Positions 46,472 to 57,899 of a stretch of 64,000 bases of DNA are shown here, in pieces (positions within the stretch are counted from its first letter, which is position 1; every line of letters begins with the position of its first letter). The stretch lies in assembly GCA_963786935.1 (NCBI GenBank), contig CAWBAN010000001.1, positions 928,001 through 992,000 of the forward strand, in the 5' to 3' direction. The position numbers and the translations under genes were made by a program. The notes under the pieces are model-generated. The model saw only the letters and a program-made list of their open reading frames with translations. It did not search any database and was not told where the DNA came from. The stretch is from an uncultured bacterium. GTDB taxonomy: Bacteria > Krumholzibacteriota > Krumholzibacteriia > Krumholzibacteriales > Krumholzibacteriaceae.

Positions 46472-47023
46472 ATGAAGAAGGTGCTACTGATTGCCGCTGC
46501 GGTTATGTTCGTCGCCGGCTCCGCGTCCGCTGTCCCTCCACCGATCGGTTACATCGGCATTTTCAAGGATGCGACACACACCACCACGTACGCATTTTGT
46601 CCGGCTCTGTATGAACAGTTCCACGCCTGGATTTGGTGTCTGCCGGGCGAACATGGTCTCATGGCAGCCGAGTTCGCTGTCGGCTTCCCTCCGTCGGCCG
46701 TCGCACAGTCCCAGGTAAAGAACCCGGGCATCGTCGTCGAGCTCGGTTCGCTCGCCGGCGGTATCGGGGTTGCGTTCGGTGAGGGCCTGTGCCAGCGGGA
46801 TTGGGTCTGGCTCTATGACATCACCTTGATATTGCTGAGCAGGGAATACGAATCGATCGTTATCCTTCCGCATCCGGGTACGCTGCCCGTTCCGGCGTAT
46901 CAGTTCGCGACCTGCGAGCTCGGTTATCCTATCGAGCAGTGCCATTACCTGACACCTCTGTATCTATGCCCGACGTATGCCGTCGAGGAGTCGAGCTGGG
47001 GAGCGATCAAGAGCCTGTTCTGA
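46472..47023 (+). CDS. Secreted hypothetical protein with WGxIK tail
   Basis: GAGGAGG RBS; signal peptide; ends CPTYAVEESSWGAIKSLF. Confidence 0.82.
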   Translation: MKKVLLIAAAVMFVAGSASAVPPPIGYIGIFKDATHTTTYAFCPALYEQFHAWIWCLPGEHGLMAAEFAVGFPPSAVAQSQVKNPGIVVELGSLAGGIGVAFGEGLCQRDWVWLYDITLILLSREYESIVILPHPGTLPVPAYQFATCELGYPIEQCHYLTPLYLCPTYAVEESSWGAIKSLF

Positions 47024-47067
47024 TGATCGGGCGAGTCAGATCGAATGTTCGGCGCAGAATTGAAAAG

Positions 47068-47141
47068 TGAGCCGCCTGGGACTCGAACCCAGGACCCCCT
47101 GCTTAAAAGGCAGGTGCTCTAACCACCTGAGCTAGCGGCCC
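47068..47141 (-). tRNA. tRNA-Lys(TTT), CCA not encoded
   Basis: GGGCCGC/GCGGCTC acceptor stem; GCTC/GAGC D arm; CCTGC-CTTTTAA-GCAGG anticodon arm; GGTTCGAGTCC. Confidence 0.96.
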
Positions 47142-47234
47142 ATTGATTGCAGATTCTCTCGAAGCCCCCGCCCCACCGCACGATCCATCACAAGGCTATG
47201 CAAAATAGCGATTCCGTCAAGTCCTGTCAAACGA

Positions 47235-48518
47235 TTAGGCCCCGTTCCTGACGATCGTCTCCTCGCGCGCGGCGCCCGTGGATATGATGGATGCGGGCGC
47301 TCCGATCCCTTTCTCGATCCGCTCGATGAATGCGCGCGCGTTCGCGGGAAGCGCGTCGTAGCGATCGACCTTGATTTCATTCTCGCCCCAGCCCGGCAGC
47401 TCCTCGAAGACCGGCCTGCACTTCGCGAGATCGAGCAGGTTTTGGGGGAAGCTCTCGATGCGCTTCCCGTCGAGCTCGTAGGCGACGCACAGCTTCACCC
47501 GCGGCATCCCCGAGATGACGTCGAGCTTCGTGAGCACGATGTCGTCGTAGCCGTTGAGGAGCACCGAATATCTGCCTGCCACGACGTCGAACCAGCCGCA
47601 GCGGCGCGGGCGCCCCGTCGTCGTGCCGTATTCCTTGCCGCGCTCGCGCAGCTCGTTTCCCACGTCCCCGGCGAGCTCGCTCGGCATGGGGCCGTTCCCG
47701 ACGCGCGTGATGTACGCCTTGAATATTCCGATTACGCGGCCGATGTCGCGCGGCGCGAGCCCCGTTCCCGTCACGGCGCCTCCCACGGTGCACGAGCTCG
47801 ACGTGACGAAGGGGTACGTGCCGTGATCGATGTCGAGGAGCGTCCCCTGCGCGCCCTCGAGGAGAATGCGCCTGCCCGAAGCCTTCAGCTCGTGCACGAG
47901 CGCCTGCGAATCGACGATCAGTCCCGCCATTCGATCCCGCATCCCGGCGAAATCGCTCGCGATCTTCTCGGCGGAGAGCGGCGGGGCGGAAAAGAGCCCG
48001 ATGAGCCTGTTCGCGTCGCTCACCTTCGCCTTGACGATGTCGAAGAGCTCTGCCTTGCCGAGGAGGAACGCGCCCATGCGGAGTCCCCGGCGGAGATATT
48101 TATCGCCGTACGCGGGACCGATCCCCTTCCCCGTGCTCCCGACGCTTTCCTTCTTGAGATCGACCTCGATGAGGTTATCGAGCATCCGGTGATACGGCAT
48201 CACGATGTGCGCCGCGGAGCTGACCCTCAGACGCTTCTCGGCGTCGACGCCCCTCTTCACGAGCTCGTCGAGCTCGGCAAGAAACGCCTGCGGCTCGATG
48301 ACCATGCCGTTCCCGAGAATCGCCGTGACGCGCGGATAGAGGATGCCCGAAGGGATCAGGTGAAACGCGAAGCGCCCCGCGTCGGTGACGACGGTGTGGC
48401 CGGCGTTCGCGCCCCCCTGAAATCTCACGACGACGTCGTGATCGCGCATGAGGAAATCGACGACCTTCGCCTTCCCCTCGTCTCCCCACTGACCCCCTAC
48501 GATGACCGTGGCAGGCAT
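47235..48518 (-). CDS. purA: Adenylosuccinate synthetase
   Basis: QWGDEGK, GGANAGHT, EGAQG.LLD.DHGTYPFVTSS and TTTGRPRRCGW motifs. Confidence 0.97.
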   Translation of the reverse strand: MPATVIVGGQWGDEGKAKVVDFLMRDHDVVVRFQGGANAGHTVVTDAGRFAFHLIPSGILYPRVTAILGNGMVIEPQAFLAELDELVKRGVDAEKRLRVSSAAHIVMPYHRMLDNLIEVDLKKESVGSTGKGIGPAYGDKYLRRGLRMGAFLLGKAELFDIVKAKVSDANRLIGLFSAPPLSAEKIASDFAGMRDRMAGLIVDSQALVHELKASGRRILLEGAQGTLLDIDHGTYPFVTSSSCTVGGAVTGTGLAPRDIGRVIGIFKAYITRVGNGPMPSELAGDVGNELRERGKEYGTTTGRPRRCGWFDVVAGRYSVLLNGYDDIVLTKLDVISGMPRVKLCVAYELDGKRIESFPQNLLDLAKCRPVFEELPGWGENEIKVDRYDALPANARAFIERIEKGIGAPASIISTGAAREETIVRNGA

Positions 48519-48664
48519 CGAACGCATCTCCCTCTCCGTGAAACAACCCGCAGTAGTTTATGGCATGAAGTGCCACGACGCAATCGAATATTTCCCGCAT
48601 GAAAAGGCCGTCGCCCGGTCGGGCGGCGGCCAGCATCGATGGAAAGTCCCTTGGCCCCTAAATA

Positions 48665-49069
48665 TTACTCTTCGAAGAGCGATTTCAGAATACCCCAGGT
48701 CCCCCGATCGATCGAGTTCGGAATGTTCATCGGGTCGCCGGGATTGCTGTACTCGAATCCGACCTCAGCCGTTCCGTCGCCGTTCTCGTCGCCGATCTCG
48801 TGGCCGTTCGGATAGCCGTCGCCGTCGGAGTCCTTCACGGCGAGAGCGTTGTTCCACGCGTAGCCGTTCTTCCTGAAATCGGATCCGAAGCTGTTGAGAT
48901 CTCCGCTCGAGGTCGGCGCGGCGGATTTGTGGCAGAGGAGACACTTGTAATGCCGGTACACGGGGAGGGAACGCATGTATTCTTCCCTGCTCTTGAGCGT
49001 GCCGGCGATGAAAAGCATGGCGGCAAAGAAGAGTACAATTATAACGCTGCGCTTTAGCACTGGGCGCAC
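48665..49069 (-). CDS. Small secreted protein with CxxCH, a DxDxDG loop and a WGxLK tail (putative monoheme cytochrome c)
   Basis: GGAGG RBS and GTG start; signal peptide; CLLCH; LNSFG.DF; DSDGDGYPNGHE; ends NSIDRGTWGILKSLFEE. Confidence 0.72.
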   Translation of the reverse strand: MRPVLKRSVIIVLFFAAMLFIAGTLKSREEYMRSLPVYRHYKCLLCHKSAAPTSSGDLNSFGSDFRKNGYAWNNALAVKDSDGDGYPNGHEIGDENGDGTAEVGFEYSNPGDPMNIPNSIDRGTWGILKSLFEE

Positions 49070-49118
49070 CTATACCTCCGATTTTCTAACTCTATTATAA
49101 CAATGATAGTTGCGGCTG

Positions 49119-50282
49119 TCAAGCCCGGATCCCGGAAAAATCTCCGAGATTCGCGTCCCGTATGATCGCGGAAGCGGCGGATGGATCGGCCGGCGCGCCG
49201 CAGTCGCGCAGCGCCCGAGCGAGCGCGGCGACGAGCAGCTCGAGCGTCGAGGAGCCGTGGAGACCGAGAAATCCCGTGCGCAGGACCTTTCCCTTGAGAT
49301 CGTCCTGCCCGTTCGCGGCGACGAAGCCGTCCCGCGCGAGAGAGGCGAGCACGCGCCCCGACTCGCAGCCGGCGGGAAGCTCGAGCACCTGCACGGCGGA
49401 GGAAGGATGCTTCGAATGCGACGACAGCCCGAGGCTCATCGCCGCGCGCAGGAACGCCTCGCCCGCCGAGCGGTGCCTCGAGATCATTCTCTCGAATCCG
49501 TACTCCCGGAGTCTTCGGAGGGACCGGTGCATGATCTGAATCGTGAGGATCGCCGGCGTGAACGGGGTGTCTCCCCCCGCCGCGGCGCGGCGCGCGCGTT
49601 CGAAATCGAAATAGTACGCGCCGACGCGGCGCCTCCCGACGAGCGCGAGGGCGCGCTCCCCGACCGCCGCGAAGCTCACGCCGGCGGGCGCGGCGAGCGA
49701 CTTCTGGCTCGCGCCGACCGCGAGATCGATTCCCCATTCGTCCATGCGGAGCTCCTCCGCGCCGAGCGAGCTGATCGCATCCGCGATCACGATCGGCCGC
49801 TCGGCCCCGAGCCGCGCCGAGACCTCGCGGAGCCGCCCCGCGAGCCCGCCGAGCGGAGCGAGAAGCCCCGTGGAGGATTCGACGTGCGTGAGGGCGACGA
49901 ACTCGGGGCGCTCGCGGTCGATTCTATCGGCGACCGCATCGAGGTCGATCGCGGCGCCGTTCTCGAAGCTCATGACCGCCGCCCGGCACTCGTACGCCTC
50001 GCAGATTTCGGCCCACCGGCGCCCGAACTTGCCGCCGGAGACGACGAGAACGCGCGAGCCGGGGATCGTCACGTTCGCGATCGCCGCTTCCATGGCGCCG
50101 GTGCCGGATGACGTGAGGAGATACACGGGGTACGACGTGCGGAGAAGCTCCCGGAGCGCCGTTTCGCACTCGCGGATGATCGTCCTGAATTCCGTCGAGC
50201 GGTGATGGAGCTGGGGAAGGTCCTTCCACGTTTCCGGGGCGACCTGCACGGGCCCCGGGCTCACGATGACGTTGTCGCGCAT
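49119..50282 (-). CDS. Class V PLP aminotransferase (serine-pyruvate/alanine-glyoxylate type)
   Basis: PGP, SSGTGAME, GKFG.RW, HVESSTG, DAISS and SQKSL motifs. Confidence 0.9.
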   Translation of the reverse strand: MRDNVIVSPGPVQVAPETWKDLPQLHHRSTEFRTIIRECETALRELLRTSYPVYLLTSSGTGAMEAAIANVTIPGSRVLVVSGGKFGRRWAEICEAYECRAAVMSFENGAAIDLDAVADRIDRERPEFVALTHVESSTGLLAPLGGLAGRLREVSARLGAERPIVIADAISSLGAEELRMDEWGIDLAVGASQKSLAAPAGVSFAAVGERALALVGRRRVGAYYFDFERARRAAAGGDTPFTPAILTIQIMHRSLRRLREYGFERMISRHRSAGEAFLRAAMSLGLSSHSKHPSSAVQVLELPAGCESGRVLASLARDGFVAANGQDDLKGKVLRTGFLGLHGSSTLELLVAALARALRDCGAPADPSAASAIIRDANLGDFSGIRA

Positions 50283-50295
50283 GCGGGTCTCCCCC

Positions 50296-50898
50296 CTACC
50301 CGATCCGCTCGACGACCCAGCGCCAGAGATCCTGTTTCCCCTCCCCCGTTTTCGCGGAGAAGAAGATCGTCGGCACGGCGGCTCCGGCGGCGCCGCCCAC
50401 GCTCTCGTTGAGCTCCCGAACGGCGCGGAATCGCTCGTCCCTCGATATCTTGTCCACCTTCGTGAACACGACGATGAAGGGACGTCCGCTCCGGGCGATG
50501 TGCGCGATCCGCTCGACGTCCTCTTTCGACGGGGCATGGCGCGCGTCGACGAGCTGCACGACGCCGGCGAGCGCCTCGCGGCTCTCGATGTATCCCTCGA
50601 TGACGGCGAGCCAGCCCTTGCGCGTCTCGGCGGAGAGCCGCGCGAACCCGTATCCGGGGAAATCGACGAGGTAGAAGCGGTCGTTCACCGCGTAGAAGTT
50701 GATCGTCCTCGTCTTGCCCGGCTCGTTGCTGATGCGGGCGAAGTTCTTGCGCTCGAAGAGGGTGTTGATGAGCGACGATTTCCCGACGTTCGATCGCCCC
50801 GACACGGCGATTTCCTTCCAGGGGGATTTCGGGAAGCGCGCGGGGTCGAGCGTCGTGCAGGCGACGGCGAGGCTCCGTATCTTCAGAACGGGCGGCAT
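50296..50898 (-). CDS. engB: Ribosome biogenesis GTPase YihA/EngB
   Basis: GRSNVGKSSLIN, PGKT, DFPGYGFA, TKVDK and FSA motifs. Confidence 0.95.
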   Translation of the reverse strand: MPPVLKIRSLAVACTTLDPARFPKSPWKEIAVSGRSNVGKSSLINTLFERKNFARISNEPGKTRTINFYAVNDRFYLVDFPGYGFARLSAETRKGWLAVIEGYIESREALAGVVQLVDARHAPSKEDVERIAHIARSGRPFIVVFTKVDKISRDERFRAVRELNESVGGAAGAAVPTIFFSAKTGEGKQDLWRWVVERIG

Positions 50899-50899
50899 G

Positions 50900-53320
50900 T
50901 CAGTTCGCCGATTTCGGAAGCTGGCTGCCGAAGAAGCCGCCGATGCTGCGCCGGTGCTCGATGCCCCAGTCGAGCTTCTTCGTGAGCACGAGCTCGAGCA
51001 CCTGCTCCATCGAGTCGGCCACGACGATCTTCAGGTTCTTGCGGACCTCCTCGGGGAGCTCCTTGATGTTCTTCTCGTTCCCCTTCGGGAGGATGAGCTT
51101 CTGCACCCCCGCCCGCAGCGCGGCGACCGATTTCTCGTTGATGCCGCCGACGGGAAGCACCTTGCCGCGGAGCGTGACCTCGCCGGTCATCGCGATGTCG
51201 CGGTTCACCGGGATGTCGAAGAACGCCGAGACGAGCGCCGTCGCGATGGCGACCCCCGCGCTCGGCCCGTCCTTCGGGATGGCCCCCTCGGGAACGTGCA
51301 CGTGCACGTCGATCGAGGAGAAGAAGTCGTTTTCGAGCGGGAGCATGCGCGCCTTGTTCCGCGCGAAGCTGAGCGCGATCTTCGCCGATTCCTGCATGAC
51401 CTCGCCGAGCTGGCCGGTGAGGATGAGCTCCCCCTTGCCCGGCATGAGGGTCACCTCGATGTTGAGGATCTCCCCCCCGACCTCGGTCCACGCGAGCCCC
51501 GTCGTCACGCCGACCGACTCGCGCTCGTCGATCTCGCTGTCGGTGAACTTCGGAATCCCGAGATAGCTCTCAAGGTGCTTCGGCGTGATGCGGACGGCCC
51601 GGCCCACGCTCTCCGCGGGGCCCGAGGCGAGCTTGCGCGCCACCTTGCGGCAGATCGAGGCGAGCTCGCGCTCGAGGTTCCGCACGCCCGCCTCGCGCGT
51701 GTAGAGGCGGATGATATCGGTCATCGTCGCGGTCGAGATCCGGAGCTGCCCTTCCTTGATGCCGTGCGCCTTCATCTGCTTCGGCAGGAGGAATTTCTGC
51801 GCGATCGCGATCTTCTCGTGGAGGAGATACCCCGGGAGCCGGATGACCTCCATGCGGTCCTGGAGCGCCGGCGGGATGGTGAACATGACATTCGCCGTCG
51901 TGATGAACATCACCTCGCTCAGGTCGAACTCGACCTCGAGGAAGTGATCGCTGAAATGCTTGTTCTGGTCGGGATCGAGCACCTCGAGGAGTGCCGCCGA
52001 CGGATCGCCGCGGAAGTCGGCGCCGAGCTTGTCGATCTCGTCGAGGAGCAGCACGGGATTCTTGCTCCCCGCCTTCCGCATCATCTGGATGATGCGGCCG
52101 GGGAGCGAGCCGATGTACGTCCGCCGGTGCCCGCGGATCTCCGCCTCGTCGCGGATCCCGCCGAGGGAGATCCTGACGAAGTTGCGGCCGAGCGCGTCGG
52201 CGATCGAGTGCCCGAGGGAGGTCTTGCCCACGCCGGGCGGGCCGACGAAGCAGAGGATCGGGCCCCTGAGGTTCCCGACGAGCTTCACGACCGAAAGGAA
52301 CTCGACGATGCGCTCCTTGACCTTGGCGAGACCATAGTGATCGGCGTCGAGCTTCGCCTTCACCTGCGCGAGATCGAGATTGTCGTGGGTGCGCTTGCGC
52401 CACGGGAGCGAGGCGAGCGTCTCGATGTAGTTGCGGACGACGGTCGCCTCGGGGGCCATCGGAGACATCATCCGGAGCCGGTCGAGCTCCCGGTACGCCA
52501 TCTTATCCGCCTCGCGGCTCATCCCCGCCTTCTTGATCTTCCGCTTGAGGTCGCCGTATTCCTCGAAATCGTCCCCCTCGCCGAGCTCCTTCTTGATCGC
52601 TTTCATCTTCTCGTGGAGGAAGAGCTCGCGCTGGGTCTTCTGGACCTGGCTCGAGACCTTCTCGTCGATGTCCTTCTCGACCTTGAGGAGCTGGAGCTCC
52701 TCAGAGAGGATCCGGTGGAGCGCCATGAGGCGCTCCTCGACGTCGAACGCCTCGAGGAGCCGCTGCTTCTCGTCGTTGTGCACGAGGAGATGCGCGGCGA
52801 TCGTGTCGGCGAGGACGGAGCGGTCCTCGATCGACTGGAGCGAGAGGAGCACCTCGTTCGGGAGGCGCGGATTCATGCGCACGTAGTCGGTGAAGAGATA
52901 CTCGACCCGGCGCATGAGCGCCTCGAGCTCGCGCGTGTCGCGGTCGTCGACCTCCACCTCCTCGATGCGGGCGGCGAAGTAGTTGTCCTCTTCGATGTAT
53001 TCCCGGATGCGCGCGCGGCTCACCCCCTCGAGCATGACCTTGATCGTCCCGTCGGGGAGATTGAGGTGATGGAAGATTTTCACGACCGTGCCGACGAGGA
53101 AGAGATCCTCCGGCCCCGGCTCGTTCACCGACGCGTTCTTCTGCGTCACGACGACGAGGTTCTTGTCGGTCTTGATGGCGCGCTCGACGGCGTTCACCGA
53201 GGGCTGCCGGCCGACGAGGATGGCCGTCGCCATCGAGGGAAAAATCACCACGTCGCGCAGGGGGATGAGCGGATAGACGTTTCCCCGCGCCTCACGATTG
53301 TCTCCTGCGTTCATTTTCAT
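50900..53320 (-). CDS. lon: Lon protease
   Basis: PLRD, GPPGVGKT, LLDEIDK and PKDGPSAG motifs. Confidence 0.97.
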   Translation of the reverse strand: MKMNAGDNREARGNVYPLIPLRDVVIFPSMATAILVGRQPSVNAVERAIKTDKNLVVVTQKNASVNEPGPEDLFLVGTVVKIFHHLNLPDGTIKVMLEGVSRARIREYIEEDNYFAARIEEVEVDDRDTRELEALMRRVEYLFTDYVRMNPRLPNEVLLSLQSIEDRSVLADTIAAHLLVHNDEKQRLLEAFDVEERLMALHRILSEELQLLKVEKDIDEKVSSQVQKTQRELFLHEKMKAIKKELGEGDDFEEYGDLKRKIKKAGMSREADKMAYRELDRLRMMSPMAPEATVVRNYIETLASLPWRKRTHDNLDLAQVKAKLDADHYGLAKVKERIVEFLSVVKLVGNLRGPILCFVGPPGVGKTSLGHSIADALGRNFVRISLGGIRDEAEIRGHRRTYIGSLPGRIIQMMRKAGSKNPVLLLDEIDKLGADFRGDPSAALLEVLDPDQNKHFSDHFLEVEFDLSEVMFITTANVMFTIPPALQDRMEVIRLPGYLLHEKIAIAQKFLLPKQMKAHGIKEGQLRISTATMTDIIRLYTREAGVRNLERELASICRKVARKLASGPAESVGRAVRITPKHLESYLGIPKFTDSEIDERESVGVTTGLAWTEVGGEILNIEVTLMPGKGELILTGQLGEVMQESAKIALSFARNKARMLPLENDFFSSIDVHVHVPEGAIPKDGPSAGVAIATALVSAFFDIPVNRDIAMTGEVTLRGKVLPVGGINEKSVAALRAGVQKLILPKGNEKNIKELPEEVRKNLKIVVADSMEQVLELVLTKKLDWGIEHRRSIGGFFGSQLPKSAN

Positions 53321-53365
53321 TCGATGTCACCGCCGCCTGGAGGGAGAAGGGCCGCCGGAACCGCG

Positions 53366-54619
<1,254 letters not shown>

Positions 54620-54747
54620 CCGATTCTCCGTCCTTCAGACGGGCCGAACGGGCCCATCTATTCTATTATACTCTTTCGCCGCCCCCCGTGCCCTCAAAAT
54701 CGAAATCGTTCCGACTCCGGTACCGTCGGCGCCGGCCGCCGGCCCCC

Positions 54748-55368
54748 CTACCGCTTCAGCTCGCTCTTCGAGAGGAGGATGTCGTCGACGATGCCGTACT
54801 CTTTCGCCTCCTCGGCCGACATGAAGAAATCGCGATCCGTGTCCTTCGCGATCCGCTTGATGTTCTGGTGCGTGTGCTTGACCAGAATCTCGTTCAGCTT
54901 GCTCCGCAGGGTGACGATCTCCTTCGTGTAGATCTCGAGCGTCGTCGCCTGGCCCTGGGTCCCGCCCGAGGGCTGGTGGATCATGACGCGCGCGTGCGGG
55001 AGCACGGAGCGCTTCCCCGCCTTGCCCGCGGCGAGCAGCACGGCGGCCATGCTCGCGGCCTGCCCCATGCAGATCGTCGCGACGTCGCAGGAGATGTACT
55101 GCATCGTGTCGTAGATGGCGAGCCCGGCGGACACGACGCCGCCCGGGCTGTTGATGTAGAGGAAGATGTCCCTCGTCGGATCCTCCGCCTCGAGAAACAG
55201 AAGCTGCGCGATGACGCTGTTCGCCAGCGTGTCCTCGATCGCCGTTCCGATGAACACGATGCGATCCTTGAGGAGCCGGGAATAGATGTCGTACGCGCGC
55301 TCCTCGCGCCCGCGCGTTTCGATCACGTACGGAATCGGTATGTACGCCGAGTTATAGATCTTCTCCAT
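54748..55368 (-). CDS. clpP: ClpP protease
   Basis: [25 protein letters not shown] and DRD motifs. Confidence 0.97.
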   Translation of the reverse strand: MEKIYNSAYIPIPYVIETRGREERAYDIYSRLLKDRIVFIGTAIEDTLANSVIAQLLFLEAEDPTRDIFLYINSPGGVVSAGLAIYDTMQYISCDVATICMGQAASMAAVLLAAGKAGKRSVLPHARVMIHQPSGGTQGQATTLEIYTKEIVTLRSKLNEILVKHTHQNIKRIAKDTDRDFFMSAEEAKEYGIVDDILLSKSELKR

Positions 55369-55394
55369 CGCTTCCTCTCTTTTCAGGTCCGGAA

Positions 55395-56693
55395 TCAGGC
55401 GGCGCCGAGAACGATCTCGAAGATCTTCCGCTCCCGGAGCCTGCTCCTGAGGTTCTCGATCCGCTCGTGCTCTTTCATGAACAGCTTCTTGACGTCCTCG
55501 ATCGGCCTGCCGTTCTCATCGGCGATCTGCTGGAACTCCCGGTCCACGTCCGCCTCGGTGACCTCGATCCCTTCCTTCTCCGCGATCCGCTCCATGACGA
55601 AATAGCGCTTGATGTTCCTGAGCGCGACGCGGTCGAAGAACTCGTCGATCTGCTTCAGCTTCTCCTCGCTCTCCTCTTTGCCGACGCCGGCCGCCGCGCG
55701 CCGCCGCTCGTCCTCGGCGACGAGCTCCTTCTTGAAGCGATCCTGCATCGTTCGGGGAATATCGAACGGATTCTGCGCGATGATGAGATCGATCGCCTGC
55801 TCCTCGCGCTTCCGCCGCTCCTCCCTCGTCTTCTCCTCGATGAGCCGGGCCCGGACGTCCTCGCGCAGCTCGCCGAGGGTCTTGAATTTCGCGTCGACCT
55901 TCGCGGCGAACGCGTCGTCCAGCGGCGACACCTGCTTCTCGCGCACGTCGTTCACGCTGAATTCGTAGCCGATCTTCCGGCCCGCGAGCCGCTCCGGCTT
56001 GTAGTCGGCCGGATAATCCACCTCGACCTTCCCCGACTCCCCGACCCGCTTGCCCACGATCGCCTCTTCGAACACGGGGAATATCTGTCCCGTGCCGAGC
56101 TCGACCGGATAGTTCGTCACGCGGCTCTTCACGTCGACCGATCCGTCGGCTCCGATCGGCGTGAAATCGAGGGTCACCACGTCCCCCGCCGCCGCGGCGC
56201 GGTCCACCTTGATGAAATCCGCCGATCGCTCGCGCAGATTCCCGATGACCTCCTCGACCTCTTCGTCCGACACCGTCGGATCGGCGGCGTCGACCTTGAT
56301 GTCGCGGTACTTCTCGATCTCGAACCGGGGGAAGACCTCGATGCAGATATTGAACGCGAGGGGCTCATCCCCGAGGACCTTGACCTCCCGGAACTCCGGA
56401 TCGCCGACCGGCTCGAGCCCGTGCTCGGCGATCGCGTGCTCGTAGGCGAGCGGCAGGATGCTCTTGATCGCCTCGGCCCTGATCTCGTCGGCGAACCGCT
56501 TCTCCACGATATCGGCGGGCACCTTCCCCTTCCTGAAACCGGGGATGGCGACTTCTCTGATCATTTCCTTGAGCACGCGCGAGCGCTCGTCCTTGAACCG
56601 CTCGGGGGTTATCTCCACCGATATGACCCGCCGGCAGCCCGTTTCCTCGGCCACCTGCATCTTGATTTCACCGTCGAGAAACTTCTTTTCCAT
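55395..56693 (-). CDS. tig: Trigger factor
   Basis: [10 protein letters not shown] motif and FKBP domain; tRNA-Leu-tig-clpP synteny. Confidence 0.95.
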   Translation of the reverse strand: MEKKFLDGEIKMQVAEETGCRRVISVEITPERFKDERSRVLKEMIREVAIPGFRKGKVPADIVEKRFADEIRAEAIKSILPLAYEHAIAEHGLEPVGDPEFREVKVLGDEPLAFNICIEVFPRFEIEKYRDIKVDAADPTVSDEEVEEVIGNLRERSADFIKVDRAAAAGDVVTLDFTPIGADGSVDVKSRVTNYPVELGTGQIFPVFEEAIVGKRVGESGKVEVDYPADYKPERLAGRKIGYEFSVNDVREKQVSPLDDAFAAKVDAKFKTLGELREDVRARLIEEKTREERRKREEQAIDLIIAQNPFDIPRTMQDRFKKELVAEDERRRAAAGVGKEESEEKLKQIDEFFDRVALRNIKRYFVMERIAEKEGIEVTEADVDREFQQIADENGRPIEDVKKLFMKEHERIENLRSRLRERKIFEIVLGAA

Positions 56694-56747
56694 CATTCCC
56701 CCACTGTCAGAGCGGTCGGTAATCAACCACGAACACGGCTTTTTTCC

Positions 56748-56832
56748 TGGTGCGAGAGGGGGGATTTGAACCCCCACGAGTTTCCTCACTGGATCCTAAG
56801 TCCAGCGCGTATGCCAGTTCCGCCACTCTCGC
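56748..56832 (-). tRNA. tRNA-Leu(TAG)
   Basis: GCGAGAG/CTCTCGC acceptor stem; CTGGA-CTTAGGA-TCCAG anticodon arm; long variable arm; encoded CCA. Confidence 0.97.
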
Positions 56833-57005
56833 TATGCGGCTCTCGTTATAACTTCATATTTTACAATATAATAAAGCGCATCGCTCCGGTCAAAAACGAT
56901 TGTTGCCCGTTCGGCACATAAATTTACTACGTGACACGCCGATTATCAAACGGATTCGAGCAAAAGCTCCGTCGCCCAATATCGCCCGGCCGCCGCCGCG
57001 CCCCA

Positions 57006-57788
57006 TCAGCGTCCCTTGAACGCCGCCTCCCTTTTCTCGAGAAACGCGTTCATTCCCTCTTTCATGTCCTCGGTGCCGCAGGTCATGGCGAAGAGCGTCC
57101 CCTCGAGCCGCAAGCCGTCCTCGAACGACATTTCCGAGCCGTGGTTCACCGCCTCGATGCATGCCTTGAGGGAGAATCCGGGCTTCTTGAGAAGGAGCGC
57201 AGCCATCTCGTCGACGGCCTTCGGGAACTCCTCCGCCGAGACGACCTTATTGACGAGCCCGAGCGCCAGCGCCTCCTGGGCCGTCAGAATCCTGCCCGTC
57301 GTCACGAGCTCCATGGCGATTCCCCGCGGTATCAGGCGGGCGAGCCGCTGGGTCCCGCCGTAGCCCGGCATCGTGCCGAGATTGATCTCGGGGAGCCCGA
57401 TCCGCGCCCTCTCCGAAGCGATCCGGACCGTGCACGCGATCGCCAGCTCGCACCCGCCGCCGAGCGCGAAGCCGTTGACGGCGGCGATAACGGGCTTTCC
57501 CAGATTCTCCATGAGATTGGTGAGCCCCTGCCCGCGCGCGGCGAACTCCTTGCCGGCGAGCGGCTCCAGCTTGAGGAGCTCGGCGATATCGGCCCCCGCC
57601 GCGAACGACTTGTCCCCCGCGCCGGTCAGCACGACGACGCCGACGCCGGCGTCCTCCCTCATCTGCGTGAATGCGGCGATGAGCTCGACCACCGTCTGGA
57701 TGCTCAGCGCGTTGAGCTTCGCGGGCCTGTTGATCGTGACCCGTCCGATGCGTCCCGTTTTTTCGACGAGCACGTTTTCGAATGCCAT
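57006..57788 (-). CDS. Enoyl-CoA hydratase/crotonase
   Basis: INRP..LNAL, AGADI, ALGGGCELA and PE..LG..PG.GGTQRL motifs. Confidence 0.93.
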   Translation of the reverse strand: MAFENVLVEKTGRIGRVTINRPAKLNALSIQTVVELIAAFTQMREDAGVGVVVLTGAGDKSFAAGADIAELLKLEPLAGKEFAARGQGLTNLMENLGKPVIAAVNGFALGGGCELAIACTVRIASERARIGLPEINLGTMPGYGGTQRLARLIPRGIAMELVTTGRILTAQEALALGLVNKVVSAEEFPKAVDEMAALLLKKPGFSLKACIEAVNHGSEMSFEDGLRLEGTLFAMTCGTEDMKEGMNAFLEKREAAFKGR

Positions 57789-57899
57789 CTCCCGCTCCTT
57801 TCTGCGTATCGGGCTATTTAAGGACGCGGTGCGCGCCAGTGTCAACAATAAACTGTTTCTTGACTTGCGCCGCGTTATTCGGTTATCCATTGTTCAATT

